A stretch of DNA of 61,889 nt, from NCBI GenBank assembly GCA_965364575.1, contig CBDTYJ010000001.1:1-61889 (forward strand), written 5' to 3'. Under the pieces are notes generated by a model. The model was not told the origin of the DNA. It worked only from the letters and a program-made list of their open reading frames with translations, and searched no databases. Both the position numbers and the translations under genes were made by a program. Numbering within the stretch: the first letter of the stretch is position 1; each line of letters starts with the position of its first letter. Positions 23,095-33,373 of this stretch are shown here, one piece after another. The stretch is from an uncultured Gammaproteobacteria bacterium. GTDB lineage: Bacteria > Pseudomonadota > Gammaproteobacteria > Steroidobacterales > XN24.

Positions 23095-23321
23095 TCGCGC
23101 TGATCCGCACCTACCAGTGGCTGCTCAGCCCGTTCCTGGGCAGCAATTGCCGATACCATCCCAGCTGTTCCCGATATGCGGCGGAAGCGATAGAGATCCA
23201 CGGGCCGCTGCGAGGTTTCGGGATGGCATTGCGCCGGATCTCCCGCTGCCACCCCTGGCACGAAGGGGGGTATGATCCCGTCCCGCCTCCCGCCGGGCCG
23301 GTCACAACGGAAACAAAGTAG
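23079..23321 (+). CDS. yidD: membrane protein insertion efficiency factor YidD
   Basis: [42 protein letters not shown]...[17 protein letters not shown]. Start at ATG 23079, overlapping rnpA by 16 nt. Confidence 0.9.
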   Translation: MRRTLIALIRTYQWLLSPFLGSNCRYHPSCSRYAAEAIEIHGPLRGFGMALRRISRCHPWHEGGYDPVPPPAGPVTTETK

Positions 23322-23324
23322 TTG

Positions 23325-24974
23325 ATGGAAAACCAGCGCGTATTTCTCTGGATTGCCCTGGCTTTTACCGCCTGGCTGACCTGGCAGGCCTGGGTGCAGG
23401 ATTATCACAGGCCCGTCGTCCAGCCGGCGTCGGAGGCCCCTGCGCTGGCGACGGACTCCGGACCGGCGATCGACCTGCCCGAGTTGTCGCCGAGTGGGAC
23501 CGCCGGGGAACTGCCCGATACGGAGATGGGTCCAGAGGCGGAGTCTGGCGGCCGCAAAATCCGAATCACTACCGATGTCCTGGATCTCATTCTCGACACC
23601 CGCGGCGGCGATCTCATCGGCGCCACCCTGCTCGAATATCCGGTGACCAAGAAAGACCCGGACCGACTGGTCCAGCTGCTGTCTCCATATCAGGCTGATT
23701 TCTCCGTCTTCCGCGCGGGAATCAGGGGCGCGGCGGGTTCAGCCGCGCCGGCCGCCGACGCCCTCTTCTCCGTAGGCCAGGACGTCTTCGAATTGCCGCC
23801 GGACGGCGAAGTGCTGGAGATACCCCTGCGCTGGACGGGCAGCGATGGGCTCGAAGTCATCAAGACATATCGACTGCGACGCGGCCATTACGCGATCGAA
23901 GTCGAACACATGGTCCGGAACGGATCCGATCAGGCCTGGAGCGGTGCCAGCTATGTGCAGATCCGCCGCCGGCAGCTGGATCAATCCCGCTCCATGACCG
24001 ACGTGGACAGCTACTCGTTCCGCGGGCCGGTGCTTTATGACGGCGAGAAATACGAGAAACTCGACGTCCCCGATCTGTTCGAGGAACCGGTGGAGGCGGT
24101 GAACACCGGCGGCTGGATCGCCTCGATCCAGCACCATTTCCTGTTGGCCGCGGTGCCGCCCGGGGATGCACCCGCCAGCTACAAAGTGACGGCGCGGGGT
24201 GATCGGTACACCCTCAGTGCCCTCGGCGCACTGGCCAGTGTCGCGCCGGGCGAGACCGCCAGGTTCAGCGACACCTTGTTCGTCGGCCCGAAGATCCAGG
24301 AGCAGCTGAAGGAGACGGCGCAGGGCCTCGTGCTGTCGGTCGATTACGGTTGGCTGACCATTATCTCCCAGCCCCTGTTCTGGGTGCTGGAGCGTCTCCA
24401 TGACCTGACCGGCAACTGGGGCTGGGCCATCATCCTGCTGACGGTCCTGATCAAGCTGGTGTTCTACAAGCTGTCCGAGACCAGCGGTAAATCCATGGCC
24501 AAGATGCGCAAGCTGCAGCCGCGTATGAAGGCCCTGCAGGAGCGCTTCGGCGACGATCGGCAGGGGCTCTCCCAGGCGATGATGGAGCTCTACAAGCGGG
24601 AGAAGGTCAATCCCGCCTCCGGCTGTCTGCCTATCCTGGTGCAGATGCCGGTGTTCCTGGCGCTGTACTGGGTGCTGCTGGAGAGCGTGGAGATGCGCCA
24701 GGCGCCATTCATGCTGTGGATCGACGACCTGTCCTCGAAAGACCCGTATTTCATCCTGCCCCTGCTGATGGGCGTCACCATGTTCATCCAGCAGAAGCTC
24801 AATCCTGCCCCGCCGGACCCGGTCCAGGCCAAGGTCATGATGGCTCTGCCGATCGTGTTCACGGTGTTTTTCGCCTTCTTCCCGGCCGGACTCGTGCTGT
24901 ACTGGTTCGTCAACAATCTGCTGTCCATCGCGCAACAATGGCGGATCAACCGGGTGGTGGAAGCGGGCCACTGA
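23325..24974 (+). CDS. yidC: membrane protein insertase YidC
   Basis: MENQRVFLWIALAF..., a periplasmic beta-sandwich region, and a C-terminal 5-TM core (GWAIILLTVLIKLVFYKL, MRKLQPRMKALQERFGDDR, GCLPILVQMPVFLALY). Confidence 0.96.
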   Translation: MENQRVFLWIALAFTAWLTWQAWVQDYHRPVVQPASEAPALATDSGPAIDLPELSPSGTAGELPDTEMGPEAESGGRKIRITTDVLDLILDTRGGDLIGATLLEYPVTKKDPDRLVQLLSPYQADFSVFRAGIRGAAGSAAPAADALFSVGQDVFELPPDGEVLEIPLRWTGSDGLEVIKTYRLRRGHYAIEVEHMVRNGSDQAWSGASYVQIRRRQLDQSRSMTDVDSYSFRGPVLYDGEKYEKLDVPDLFEEPVEAVNTGGWIASIQHHFLLAAVPPGDAPASYKVTARGDRYTLSALGALASVAPGETARFSDTLFVGPKIQEQLKETAQGLVLSVDYGWLTIISQPLFWVLERLHDLTGNWGWAIILLTVLIKLVFYKLSETSGKSMAKMRKLQPRMKALQERFGDDRQGLSQAMMELYKREKVNPASGCLPILVQMPVFLALYWVLLESVEMRQAPFMLWIDDLSSKDPYFILPLLMGVTMFIQQKLNPAPPDPVQAKVMMALPIVFTVFFAFFPAGLVLYWFVNNLLSIAQQWRINRVVEAGH

Positions 24975-25117
24975 GCCGTGCCTGATGGCATCCCGGTGAT
25001 GCGGGTGCTCAAGCTCCGATCAGGGGGTGGCACCCAGAGGCGGGAACCGCCGGGAACTCGGGGCCCGTCCGGACGACAACGCACAAGGGTCCGCCCCGCA
25101 GACTGCACCGACCGTCC

Positions 25118-26473
25118 ATGACCAGCCCCATGCCGACCGACGACACGATCGTCGCCGAGGCGAGCCCGCCGGGCCGCGGTGGCGTGGCGGTCGTGCGGGT
25201 CTCCGGACCGGCGGCGATGACCATCGCCACCGCCGTGGCGGGGGATCTGCCGCCGGACCGCCAGATCTCCTTACGGCGATTTCGCGATCACGCGGGCCAG
25301 GTCATCGACAAGGCCCTCGTGGTGGCATTTCCCGGTCCGCACTCGTTCACCGGTGAGGACGTGGTCGAGTTTCATGCTCACGGCGGCCCGGTCGTCGTAG
25401 ATCTCCTCATACGGCGGCTGCTCGGACTCGGGGCGCGACTGGCGCAGCCCGGGGAGTTTTCCCGGCGCGCATTTCTCAACGACCGCATGGACCTGGCCCA
25501 GGCCGAGGCGATCGCCGATCTGATCGACAGCGGATCGGTCCAGGCGGCGAGGGCGGCGCTCCGCTCTCTTCAGGGCGAGTTCTCGCATCGGGTCCACGAG
25601 CTGGTCGAGGGGCTCACGTCGTTGCGCGTCTATGTGGAAGCGGCCATCGACTTCCCCGAGGAGGAGGTCGACTTCCTCGCGGACCAGGCTATCGACGACC
25701 GGCTCTCCCGCCTGCGCAGCGGTTTTGAAGATGTGCTGGCCCGGGCATCCCAGGGCGCGATCCTCCGGGAAGGCATGAGTGTGGTGCTGGCCGGCAAGCC
25801 CAACGCCGGCAAGTCCAGCCTGATGAACCGGCTCACCGGTCAGGACACGGCCATCGTCACGGAGCAGCCCGGAACCACCCGGGACGTCCTGCGCGAGCAG
25901 ATCGCCATCGATGGCATGCCGCTGCACGTCATCGACACCGCCGGACTGCGGGCCGAGGGGGACCTGGTGGAGATCGAGGGCATGCGGCGGGCCCGGCGCG
26001 CCATGGAGCAAGCGGACCGGGTCCTGCTGGTGGTCGATGCCAGCGACGGCCTCACCGCCGCGGACCAGATGGAAGAAGTGCCTCGCGACGCCGCGCTGAC
26101 TGTGGTCCGCAACAAGATCGATCTGAGCGGCGAGACACCGGGCGAGGAAGAGCGCGACGGCGTCACCGTGCTCGCAGTGTCGGCGCTGACCGGGGCCGGG
26201 ATCGATCTGTTGCGGGAACATCTCAAGGCGCTGATGGGCTACCAGACCGCAGGGGAGGGCGCGTTCTCGGCCCGGCGCCGCCATCTGGAGGCGCTGGAGC
26301 GTGCCCGGGCGCATCTGGAGGAAGCGGTGATCCAGCTGCAGACCTACCGGGCCGGTGAGCTGGTGGCGGAGGAGCTGCGGCTGGCCCAGGGTCAGCTCGG
26401 CACGATCACCGGCGAGGTCAGCAGCGACGATCTGCTCGGCAAGATCTTCTCCAGCTTCTGCATCGGTAAATAG
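25118..26473 (+). CDS. mnmE: tRNA modification GTPase MnmE
   Basis: [14 protein letters not shown]-domain ([23 protein letters not shown]) and the C-terminal FCIGK. Confidence 0.96.
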   Translation: MTSPMPTDDTIVAEASPPGRGGVAVVRVSGPAAMTIATAVAGDLPPDRQISLRRFRDHAGQVIDKALVVAFPGPHSFTGEDVVEFHAHGGPVVVDLLIRRLLGLGARLAQPGEFSRRAFLNDRMDLAQAEAIADLIDSGSVQAARAALRSLQGEFSHRVHELVEGLTSLRVYVEAAIDFPEEEVDFLADQAIDDRLSRLRSGFEDVLARASQGAILREGMSVVLAGKPNAGKSSLMNRLTGQDTAIVTEQPGTTRDVLREQIAIDGMPLHVIDTAGLRAEGDLVEIEGMRRARRAMEQADRVLLVVDASDGLTAADQMEEVPRDAALTVVRNKIDLSGETPGEEERDGVTVLAVSALTGAGIDLLREHLKALMGYQTAGEGAFSARRRHLEALERARAHLEEAVIQLQTYRAGELVAEELRLAQGQLGTITGEVSSDDLLGKIFSSFCIGK

Positions 26474-26564
26474 GCCATGCACTGGCCCGGCCGGAACCCG
26501 ATCATCGTTTGGCCTATCATTGATGGCTGCCCGACCCCTGTCGGAGCGCCAGGAGACCAGGATC

Positions 26565-28382
26565 GTGAAGACTACAGGCTGGGGCATCATCGGATGCGGG
26601 GACGTGATCGACCGCAAGGCGGGCGATGCCTTCACGACCATCCCCGGCAGCCGACTGGTGGCGGTCATGCGCCGCTCGGAGGCCAGGCTGAAGGACTATG
26701 CCGAACGGCGCGGGGCGGAGTTGTGGACCACTGACGCCCAAAAGGTCCTCGAGCATCCCGAGGTGGATGTGGTCTATGTCGCTACCCCGCCGGATCGCCA
26801 TCTGGAATACGCGCTGGCGGCCTGCGCGGCGGGCAAGGCTTGTGTCGTCGAGAAGCCTGCCGGCCGGTCCGACGGAGAGTGTCAGCGGATGGTCGCGGCG
26901 TTCCGCGAGGCGGGTCTGCCGTTTTTCGTTTCCTACTATCGGAGATTCCTGCCCAAATTCCAGACCGTGAGGGAGATCATCCGGTCCGGTGAGCTCGGCA
27001 CCATCACCTCGATCGATTACCGGCTGAGCAAGCGACTGCGCCGGGGCGACTGGCGTCTGTCACCGGCGATATGTGGCGGTGGGCAATTTTACGATCTCTG
27101 TGGTCACGTGCTGGACCTGTTTGACGACTGGTTCGGCCCACTGGCCTTCAAGGGTGGCTCGGCCAGCAATTCGGTCCCCTTGCACGATGCCGAGGACGCC
27201 GTGTCGATCGCCTTTACCACGCCCGGCGGCGCGGTCGGCAGCGCGGTGTGGGATTTCACGTCCAGCAGACCCACGGACGAGCTGGTCATCCAGGGCCATC
27301 GGGGACGGCTGCGCCTGTCCTGTATGTCCGTGTCATCTCCGGTGCGTCTGGAGCAAACGCCCGAGGCCCTGATGCGCTTGAGCGTGACCCGGCGGGACTG
27401 GCAGCTGGCGGACCTGCGCCGGAAGCTGCGATGGCCACGCGTCAGGACCTGGCGATTCCCGAAACCGCCGCTGCCCCACCGGCCCATGCTGGAGTCCATC
27501 GTCGGTGAATTGTCGGGCGGGGCGGCCACCGGCAACGGCGATGCTGCATTGCGAAGCTCCCGGATCGCCAACAAGGCTCTGGAGGCCTATTACGGTGGCC
27601 GCCAGGACGCGTTCTGGGAACGGCCGCTGAGCTGGCAGAGTCTCCGGGCCCGGGCCGCCAGACGTCCGGCGCGTCCGGAGTTCGATCGTTATGAGTTAAG
27701 CGAGGAGCAGCTGCGGAGCTATGACGAGCAGGGCTTCCTCGGACCGCTGCGCTTCGACGGGCCCTGGCAGCACATCCCGGTGCCGGCCAAGCGCGGGCGC
27801 GATCTCCACCTGACCGAAGGAGATGTGTTCGACGTCTGTACGCATCCCTGCATCGTGCGCCCGGTGGCGCAGATGCTGGGGACGCCGCGCATCGCATTGT
27901 TCAAGACCCGATTCGTGGTCAAACATCCGAAAACCGGCCGCACCTTCGCCTGGCACCAGGACGTGGGTGAGCGCAACGGCGGTTATCTTCCCAACGGCGA
28001 TCCGGTGCAGACGGTGACCGTGTGGATGGCCTTCGACGAGGTCGATGCCCGGAACGGCGCCATGCAGATCATCCCCGGCAGCCATCGTCTGCTGATCGGT
28101 GATTATCAGAAACGGATCAAGGCCGAACTATTGCGCACCGGCGCCCTGACACCGGAAGAGATCAGCCGGGCCGTGACGCTGGACCTGAAGCCGGGAGAGT
28201 TCTACCTGTTCCACTCCTGGTTGCTCCATACCAGCGGACCCAATGTTTCGGACCGCCGCCGGGCGGGTCTGAACATGCGTTATGCCGCCCAGGGCGAAGA
28301 GTGTGATACACAATTCGAGTACTTCCCCCTGTTGTGCTCGGCGGGCCCCCAGACACCGCTGGCGAACCGGGCCGCGCGATGA
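26565..28382 (+). CDS. fusion protein: Gfo/Idh/MocA-family NAD(P)-dependent oxidoreductase (N) + PhyH-family Fe(II)/2-oxoglutarate dioxygenase (C)
   Basis: N-terminal part: GWGIIGCGDV Rossmann motif and the VVEKPAG (EKP) motif. An Arg/Ala-rich linker follows (SLRARAARRPARPE). C-terminal part: ELSEEQLRSYDEQGFLGPL, WHQD (HxD), LLHTSGPN (distal His) and RRRAGLNMRY. It is one uninterrupted frame. GTG 26565 is preferred (AGGAG 9 nt upstream); the alternative is ATG 26523. Confidence 0.8.
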   Translation: MKTTGWGIIGCGDVIDRKAGDAFTTIPGSRLVAVMRRSEARLKDYAERRGAELWTTDAQKVLEHPEVDVVYVATPPDRHLEYALAACAAGKACVVEKPAGRSDGECQRMVAAFREAGLPFFVSYYRRFLPKFQTVREIIRSGELGTITSIDYRLSKRLRRGDWRLSPAICGGGQFYDLCGHVLDLFDDWFGPLAFKGGSASNSVPLHDAEDAVSIAFTTPGGAVGSAVWDFTSSRPTDELVIQGHRGRLRLSCMSVSSPVRLEQTPEALMRLSVTRRDWQLADLRRKLRWPRVRTWRFPKPPLPHRPMLESIVGELSGGAATGNGDAALRSSRIANKALEAYYGGRQDAFWERPLSWQSLRARAARRPARPEFDRYELSEEQLRSYDEQGFLGPLRFDGPWQHIPVPAKRGRDLHLTEGDVFDVCTHPCIVRPVAQMLGTPRIALFKTRFVVKHPKTGRTFAWHQDVGERNGGYLPNGDPVQTVTVWMAFDEVDARNGAMQIIPGSHRLLIGDYQKRIKAELLRTGALTPEEISRAVTLDLKPGEFYLFHSWLLHTSGPNVSDRRRAGLNMRYAAQGEECDTQFEYFPLLCSAGPQTPLANRAAR

Positions 28383-28395
28383 GGTTTGGAGGGCG

Positions 28396-29661
28396 TCAGC
28401 TGGAACCGGAGCGCCGGAAGCGGCCGCGGACGACTTTCTCGGTGGAGGTCTCGGTGGGCGGCCTCGGTCCGTCCAGGGTGCTGGCGCACTCGACGCGATT
28501 GCGGCCGGTCTGTTTGGCGAAGTAGAGCGCGTCATCGGCCCGTCGCAGGGTGTCGGCGACCGATTCCCCGGACCGGTATTCCGCCACGCCGGCCGAAAGC
28601 GTGATCCTGAGTTTGCCCTCGAAATGAGCCTCGGCGGTCGCTTCCCGCAGCCGTTCGGCACAGCGGTGACCGCCGTCCTCGTCGGTGCTCGGCAGCAGGC
28701 AGATGAACTCTTCTCCGCCGAAGCGTCCGAAACAGCGTCCTTCGCTGTCCAGATCGATCACGTCGGTGGCCCGCAGCTCCTGACGGGCGAGGTACGCGAA
28801 CGCGGTCAGCACCCGGTCGCCCACCAGATGGCCATGGGCGTCATTCAGGGCCTTGAAGTGGTCCAGATCCAGGATGCACAGGGAGAAGGTGGACCCGGTG
28901 CGGTCGGCCCGGGCTTTCTCCCGGCTCAGGCTCTCCATCATGTAGCGGCGGTTGAAGGACTGGGTCAGATGATCCCTGGTCGCCATGCGGCTGGCGCTGC
29001 TGACCGCTTCCCGCAACTCGATGTTGTTCTGGCGGAGAGTGGATTTCAGCTGCGCCACATAATTGCCGAAGCTGGCGCACCAGATCAGGCTGGCACTCAG
29101 CACCATGGCGTTGAGCAACTCCCGGTCGACGTCGAAGTACTCGGGTGACAGGATGAAATCCGCGCCGACGACCAGCATGTAACCGAGCAGGGACAGCGCG
29201 GTCATGGCGAAGAAGCCCCGGCGGTTCAGGTGGAAGATGCCGAACAGGATGGTGATCACGTAGACCATCATGAGGGCACCCCTGGCCTGGGGCGCCGCGA
29301 ACATGAGCACCATGGCCCAGCCGGTTGCGATGATCAGCTGGGGCAGGGTCATGGCCGGGTCGTTGAGACGGCGATTCAGACCGCTGCGGATCATGACGTA
29401 GAAATAGAGATTGCTGAGCGCGATACCGCCGAGGATGATGTAGAGCATCTCCCGGGAAATGGTCAGCTGGTGGGTGTAGAAGGCGAACAGACCCAGCGAT
29501 GCCCACATGCAGTAGGACACCAGCGCCATCTTGAAGCGGCGCATTCTCAGACGTTGTCTCGGATCCAGCTTCGGCAGCATGACCAACCTGTCCGGTCCAG
29601 CGGGCGTCCTGCCCGGAAACCAATGCACCAGGCGGCGACCGACAGGGTCGCTCGCCGCCAT
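28396..29661 (-). CDS. membrane-bound diguanylate cyclase (GGDEF domain)
   Basis: About 5-6 predicted TM helices (ALVSYCMWASLGLFAFY...AMVLMFAAP...), then a GGDEF domain with RFGGEEFICLLP. Convergent with the fusion gene, with a 13-nt gap. Alternative start at ATG 29580. Confidence 0.88.
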   Translation of the reverse strand: MAASDPVGRRLVHWFPGRTPAGPDRLVMLPKLDPRQRLRMRRFKMALVSYCMWASLGLFAFYTHQLTISREMLYIILGGIALSNLYFYVMIRSGLNRRLNDPAMTLPQLIIATGWAMVLMFAAPQARGALMMVYVITILFGIFHLNRRGFFAMTALSLLGYMLVVGADFILSPEYFDVDRELLNAMVLSASLIWCASFGNYVAQLKSTLRQNNIELREAVSSASRMATRDHLTQSFNRRYMMESLSREKARADRTGSTFSLCILDLDHFKALNDAHGHLVGDRVLTAFAYLARQELRATDVIDLDSEGRCFGRFGGEEFICLLPSTDEDGGHRCAERLREATAEAHFEGKLRITLSAGVAEYRSGESVADTLRRADDALYFAKQTGRNRVECASTLDGPRPPTETSTEKVVRGRFRRSGSS

Positions 29662-29825
29662 TCAGATCATGGCGGAAAGCGGCTTGTCAAAATGTGACTG
29701 CCGTCCCAGTAAAGGCGTAAAGACAGTCCGGTACGACGAATATCCCGGTCGGTCCCGGCTCCGCCTCTGGTGAGTCGGGCGGACGGCGCCTAGAATAGCG
29801 CCCCCTCGGGAGGGCGGAAGCTGGC

Positions 29826-31730
29826 GTGAAATATTCCCAACAATTCGATGTGATCGTGGTCGGCGGCGGCCATGCCGGGACCGAGGCGGCCCTGGCGGCC
29901 GCCCGCATGGGCGCGCGCACCCTGCTGCTGACCCACAGCATCGACACGCTCGGGCAGATGAGCTGCAACCCGGCCATCGGCGGTATCGGCAAGGGTCATC
30001 TGGCACGGGAGGTGGATGCCCTCGGCGGGGCCATGGCGCTGGCGGCGGACCGGGCCGGGATCCATTTCCGGACCCTGAACGCCCGCAAGGGGCCGGCGGT
30101 CCGCGCGACCCGGGCCCAGGCGGACCGGACGCTGTACCGCAAAGCGATCCGCCAGATGCTCGAGACCCGGCCGGGCCTGAGCCTGTTCCAGCAGGCGGTG
30201 GACGATCTGCTTCTCAGCGGGGACCGCGTCTCGGGCGTCCGTACCCGCATGGGCCTGGAGTTCCGGGCGCCGTGTGTCGTGCTCACTGTCGGCACCTTCC
30301 TGGCCGGACGCATACACGTGGGTGAGAATCAGCACGAAGGGGGGCGTGCCGGTGACCCGCCAGCGCGCCGGCTGGCGGAGCGATTGCGGGAACTCCCGTT
30401 TCGTATCGGCCGGCTGAAGACCGGCACGCCGCCGCGGATCGACGGACGCAGCATCGATTTTTCCGGGCTCCAGGTGCAGCCGGGGGACGAGCCGCGGCCC
30501 GTGTTTTCGTTCATGGGCAGCCGGGCGCAACATCCACGGCAAGTCTGCTGCCATATCACCGCCACCAACGAACGCACCCATGAGATCATCCGCGCGGCGA
30601 TGCATCGCTCGCCCATGTTCAGCGGTGCGATCGAGGGGACCGGGCCGCGTTATTGTCCGTCGGTGGAAGACAAGATCCAGCGGTTCGCGGACAAGCCCTC
30701 CCATCAGATCTTCATCGAGCCGGAAGGTCTCGATACGCCCGAGATCTATCCGAACGGCATCTCCACCAGTCTGCCGTTCGACGTTCAATACGAATTCGTC
30801 CGCAGCATCCGCGGATTCGAGCAGGCCCACATCACGCGACCCGGATACGCGATCGAATATGATTTTTTCGATCCGCGCGACCTCCGGCACACGCTCGAGA
30901 GCCGCATAATCGGCGGCCTGTTCCTCGCCGGGCAGATCAACGGGACGACGGGCTACGAGGAAGCCGCTGCCCAGGGCATCCTGGCCGGCATCAACAGCGC
31001 GCTGAGGATCCACGACCGCGAACCCTGGTATCCCCGCCGCCACGAAGCCTACATCGGTGTGCTGGTCGACGACCTGGTCACGCAGGGCACCGCCGAGCCT
31101 TATCGCATGTTCACCAGCCGGGCCGAGCACCGGCTGCTGCTGCGGGAAGACAACGCGGACCTGCGCCTCACGCCGGCCGGCCGGGACCTGGGACTGATCG
31201 ATGACGCGCGCTGGCTGGCCTTCGAGCAGAAACGCGAGGCAGTCCTGGGCGAGCTGGATCGGCTCGGCCGTTGCGTTCTGCAGCCGGGAGACATGCCGGA
31301 GGACGTCTCCACACGGCTGTTCGGCGGGCCCCTGAGCCGGGAGTCCAGGGCGTCGGAGCTGCTCAAGCGCCCGGAGGTGAGCTACGGGGACCTGGCGGAC
31401 ATGGACGCGTTCGCGGCGCCGGATCTGGCGGAGGACGTGATCGCGCAGGTGGAGGTGCAGCTCAAATACGATGGCTACATCCGCCGCCAGCAGGCGGAGA
31501 TCGAGCGCCATCGCGCCCACGAGGATCGCGCGTTGCCGGAAGACATGCTGTACGGAGACGTGGCCGGTCTATCCCATGAGGTGCGCCAGAAACTGGATCA
31601 ACACCGCCCGGCCACCCTGGGCCAGGCGGCACGTATCCCCGGCGTCACGCCGGCGGCCATCTCCCTGCTGCTGATCCATCTGAAACGCCGGGACACGGCG
31701 CTCGCCGCCGACGGGACCACCGGACCTTGA
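29826..31730 (+). CDS. mnmG: tRNA uridine 5-carboxymethylaminomethyl modification enzyme MnmG (GidA)
   Basis: [29 protein letters not shown]...[15 protein letters not shown]... GTG start, 634 aa. Confidence 0.97.
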   Translation: MKYSQQFDVIVVGGGHAGTEAALAAARMGARTLLLTHSIDTLGQMSCNPAIGGIGKGHLAREVDALGGAMALAADRAGIHFRTLNARKGPAVRATRAQADRTLYRKAIRQMLETRPGLSLFQQAVDDLLLSGDRVSGVRTRMGLEFRAPCVVLTVGTFLAGRIHVGENQHEGGRAGDPPARRLAERLRELPFRIGRLKTGTPPRIDGRSIDFSGLQVQPGDEPRPVFSFMGSRAQHPRQVCCHITATNERTHEIIRAAMHRSPMFSGAIEGTGPRYCPSVEDKIQRFADKPSHQIFIEPEGLDTPEIYPNGISTSLPFDVQYEFVRSIRGFEQAHITRPGYAIEYDFFDPRDLRHTLESRIIGGLFLAGQINGTTGYEEAAAQGILAGINSALRIHDREPWYPRRHEAYIGVLVDDLVTQGTAEPYRMFTSRAEHRLLLREDNADLRLTPAGRDLGLIDDARWLAFEQKREAVLGELDRLGRCVLQPGDMPEDVSTRLFGGPLSRESRASELLKRPEVSYGDLADMDAFAAPDLAEDVIAQVEVQLKYDGYIRRQQAEIERHRAHEDRALPEDMLYGDVAGLSHEVRQKLDQHRPATLGQAARIPGVTPAAISLLLIHLKRRDTALAADGTTGP

Positions 31731-33373
31731 TCGCTCGTCCATTGTGGGCGGCAGTGCTGGTGCTGCTGGCGGCTTGCGGACAGCCCGGCGGGCCCGGGCA
31801 GCTGGCCGACGCAGGGCCGGCTTCCCTGACGGAGCTGCACCGGGGCAACGGCTCGGAGCCCCAGAGCCTGGACATCCACAAAGGCGAGGGCGTGCCGTCC
31901 TCCAATATCAAGCGGGATCTCTACGAGGGGCTGGTCTCTCACGGAGCAGACGGGAGCCTCGAGCCCGGTGCCGCCCGTTCGTGGGAGATCAGCGACGATG
32001 GCCGGGTCTACCAGTTTGCTCTGCGTGACGACGGCCGGTGGTCGAACGGCGACCCGGTCACGGCGGAGGATTTCGTCTTCGCCCTGCGCCGCGGGGTCGA
32101 TCCGGCGACCTTGTCCAACTACTCGGGGCTGCTGATCCCAATCGCCAATGCCGCCGCCGTCACGGCCGGCCGACTGCCGCCCGAGGCGCTCGGCGTCGAA
32201 GCCCTGGATGAGCTGACACTGCGCATCACCCTGGAAGAACCGGCCGCCTATTTCCTCGAGCTCCTGACCCATCCCATGGCTTATCCCCTGCATCGGGAAA
32301 GTGTGCAGCGATGGCCCGACGCCTTCGCCCGGCCCGGCCGGCTGGTCTCAAACGGCCCGTACATGCTGGATGAATGGGTGCTGCAATCACATATCCGGCT
32401 GGTGCGTAGTCCGCATTTCCGGGACGCCGACCGACTCCGCATCGAGAGCGTTGTCTTCCACCCGATCGAGAACCCGGCCTCGGAACTGAAGCGCTACCGG
32501 GCCGGAGACCTGGACTGGACCGATGCGGTCCCCCACAACCAGATACGCTGGATCCGCGACAATCTGCCCGACCAGTTCCAGGTTGCCCCCTATCTCGGCA
32601 TCTACTATTTCGGCTTCAACCTGGAGCGGCCACCGTTCAGGGGCCAGCCGGGTCTGCGTCGGGCGTTGACCATGGCCGTGGACCGCTCGATCCTGACCCG
32701 ATACGTGACCGGTGGCGGCGAGCAGCCCGCGTTCGGTTTCGTGCCGCCCATGCCGGGCTACCCCGGCTTCGTGCCGGAATGGGCGGATTGGCCCGAGGCG
32801 CAGCGGCTGGCCGAGGCGCGTCGACTCTACGCCGAAGCCGGTTACGGACCCGAGCGGCCGCTGGAGGTGGAGGTCCGCTACAACACCAGCGACAATCATC
32901 GCCAGATGGCGCTGGCGGTCGCGGCCATGTGGAAACAGAATCTGGGCGTCCGGGCCAGCATCGTCAACCAGGAATTCAAGGTCTTCCTCGACGCCCGAAC
33001 CAGGAAGGCCGACACGGAAGTATTCCGGGCAGGCTGGATCGGGGATTTCCAGGATCCGGTCAACTTCCTCGACATACTGCAATCGACCAACGGCCAGAAC
33101 GACACCGGCTACGCGGATCCCGCCTACGATGCGCTGCTGGAGCGGGCGGCGGCCGAGCCGGAGCCAGGCAGGCGGCTGGCGCTGCTGGCGGAAGCCGAGG
33201 CGTTGATGCTGGAACAACAGCCGGTGATGCCGATCTACTTCTATGTCTCCAGGCGCCTGGTCAAACCATGGGTGCGGGGCTGGAGCGACAATCTGCTCGA
33301 TAACCACGCCACCCGGAATCTGTATATCGTGGACGACGACGCCACCGTTGGGGACGAACACATTGACGAGTAG
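31727..33373 (+). CDS. ABC transporter substrate-binding lipoprotein, family 5 (OppA/MppA-like), copy 1
   Basis: Lipobox [17 protein letters not shown] and family-5 SBP motifs ([22 protein letters not shown]). The TTG start overlaps the mnmG TGA (TTGA). Confidence 0.88.
   Translation: MIARPLWAAVLVLLAACGQPGGPGQLADAGPASLTELHRGNGSEPQSLDIHKGEGVPSSNIKRDLYEGLVSHGADGSLEPGAARSWEISDDGRVYQFALRDDGRWSNGDPVTAEDFVFALRRGVDPATLSNYSGLLIPIANAAAVTAGRLPPEALGVEALDELTLRITLEEPAAYFLELLTHPMAYPLHRESVQRWPDAFARPGRLVSNGPYMLDEWVLQSHIRLVRSPHFRDADRLRIESVVFHPIENPASELKRYRAGDLDWTDAVPHNQIRWIRDNLPDQFQVAPYLGIYYFGFNLERPPFRGQPGLRRALTMAVDRSILTRYVTGGGEQPAFGFVPPMPGYPGFVPEWADWPEAQRLAEARRLYAEAGYGPERPLEVEVRYNTSDNHRQMALAVAAMWKQNLGVRASIVNQEFKVFLDARTRKADTEVFRAGWIGDFQDPVNFLDILQSTNGQNDTGYADPAYDALLERAAAEPEPGRRLALLAEAEALMLEQQPVMPIYFYVSRRLVKPWVRGWSDNLLDNHATRNLYIVDDDATVGDEHIDE

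Noticed and set aside
29662-29825. The region upstream of mnmG as an E. coli-style oriC.
   Set aside because: It has no TTATCCACA-like boxes and no AT-rich tract. It looks like an ordinary divergent promoter region between the GGDEF gene and mnmG.
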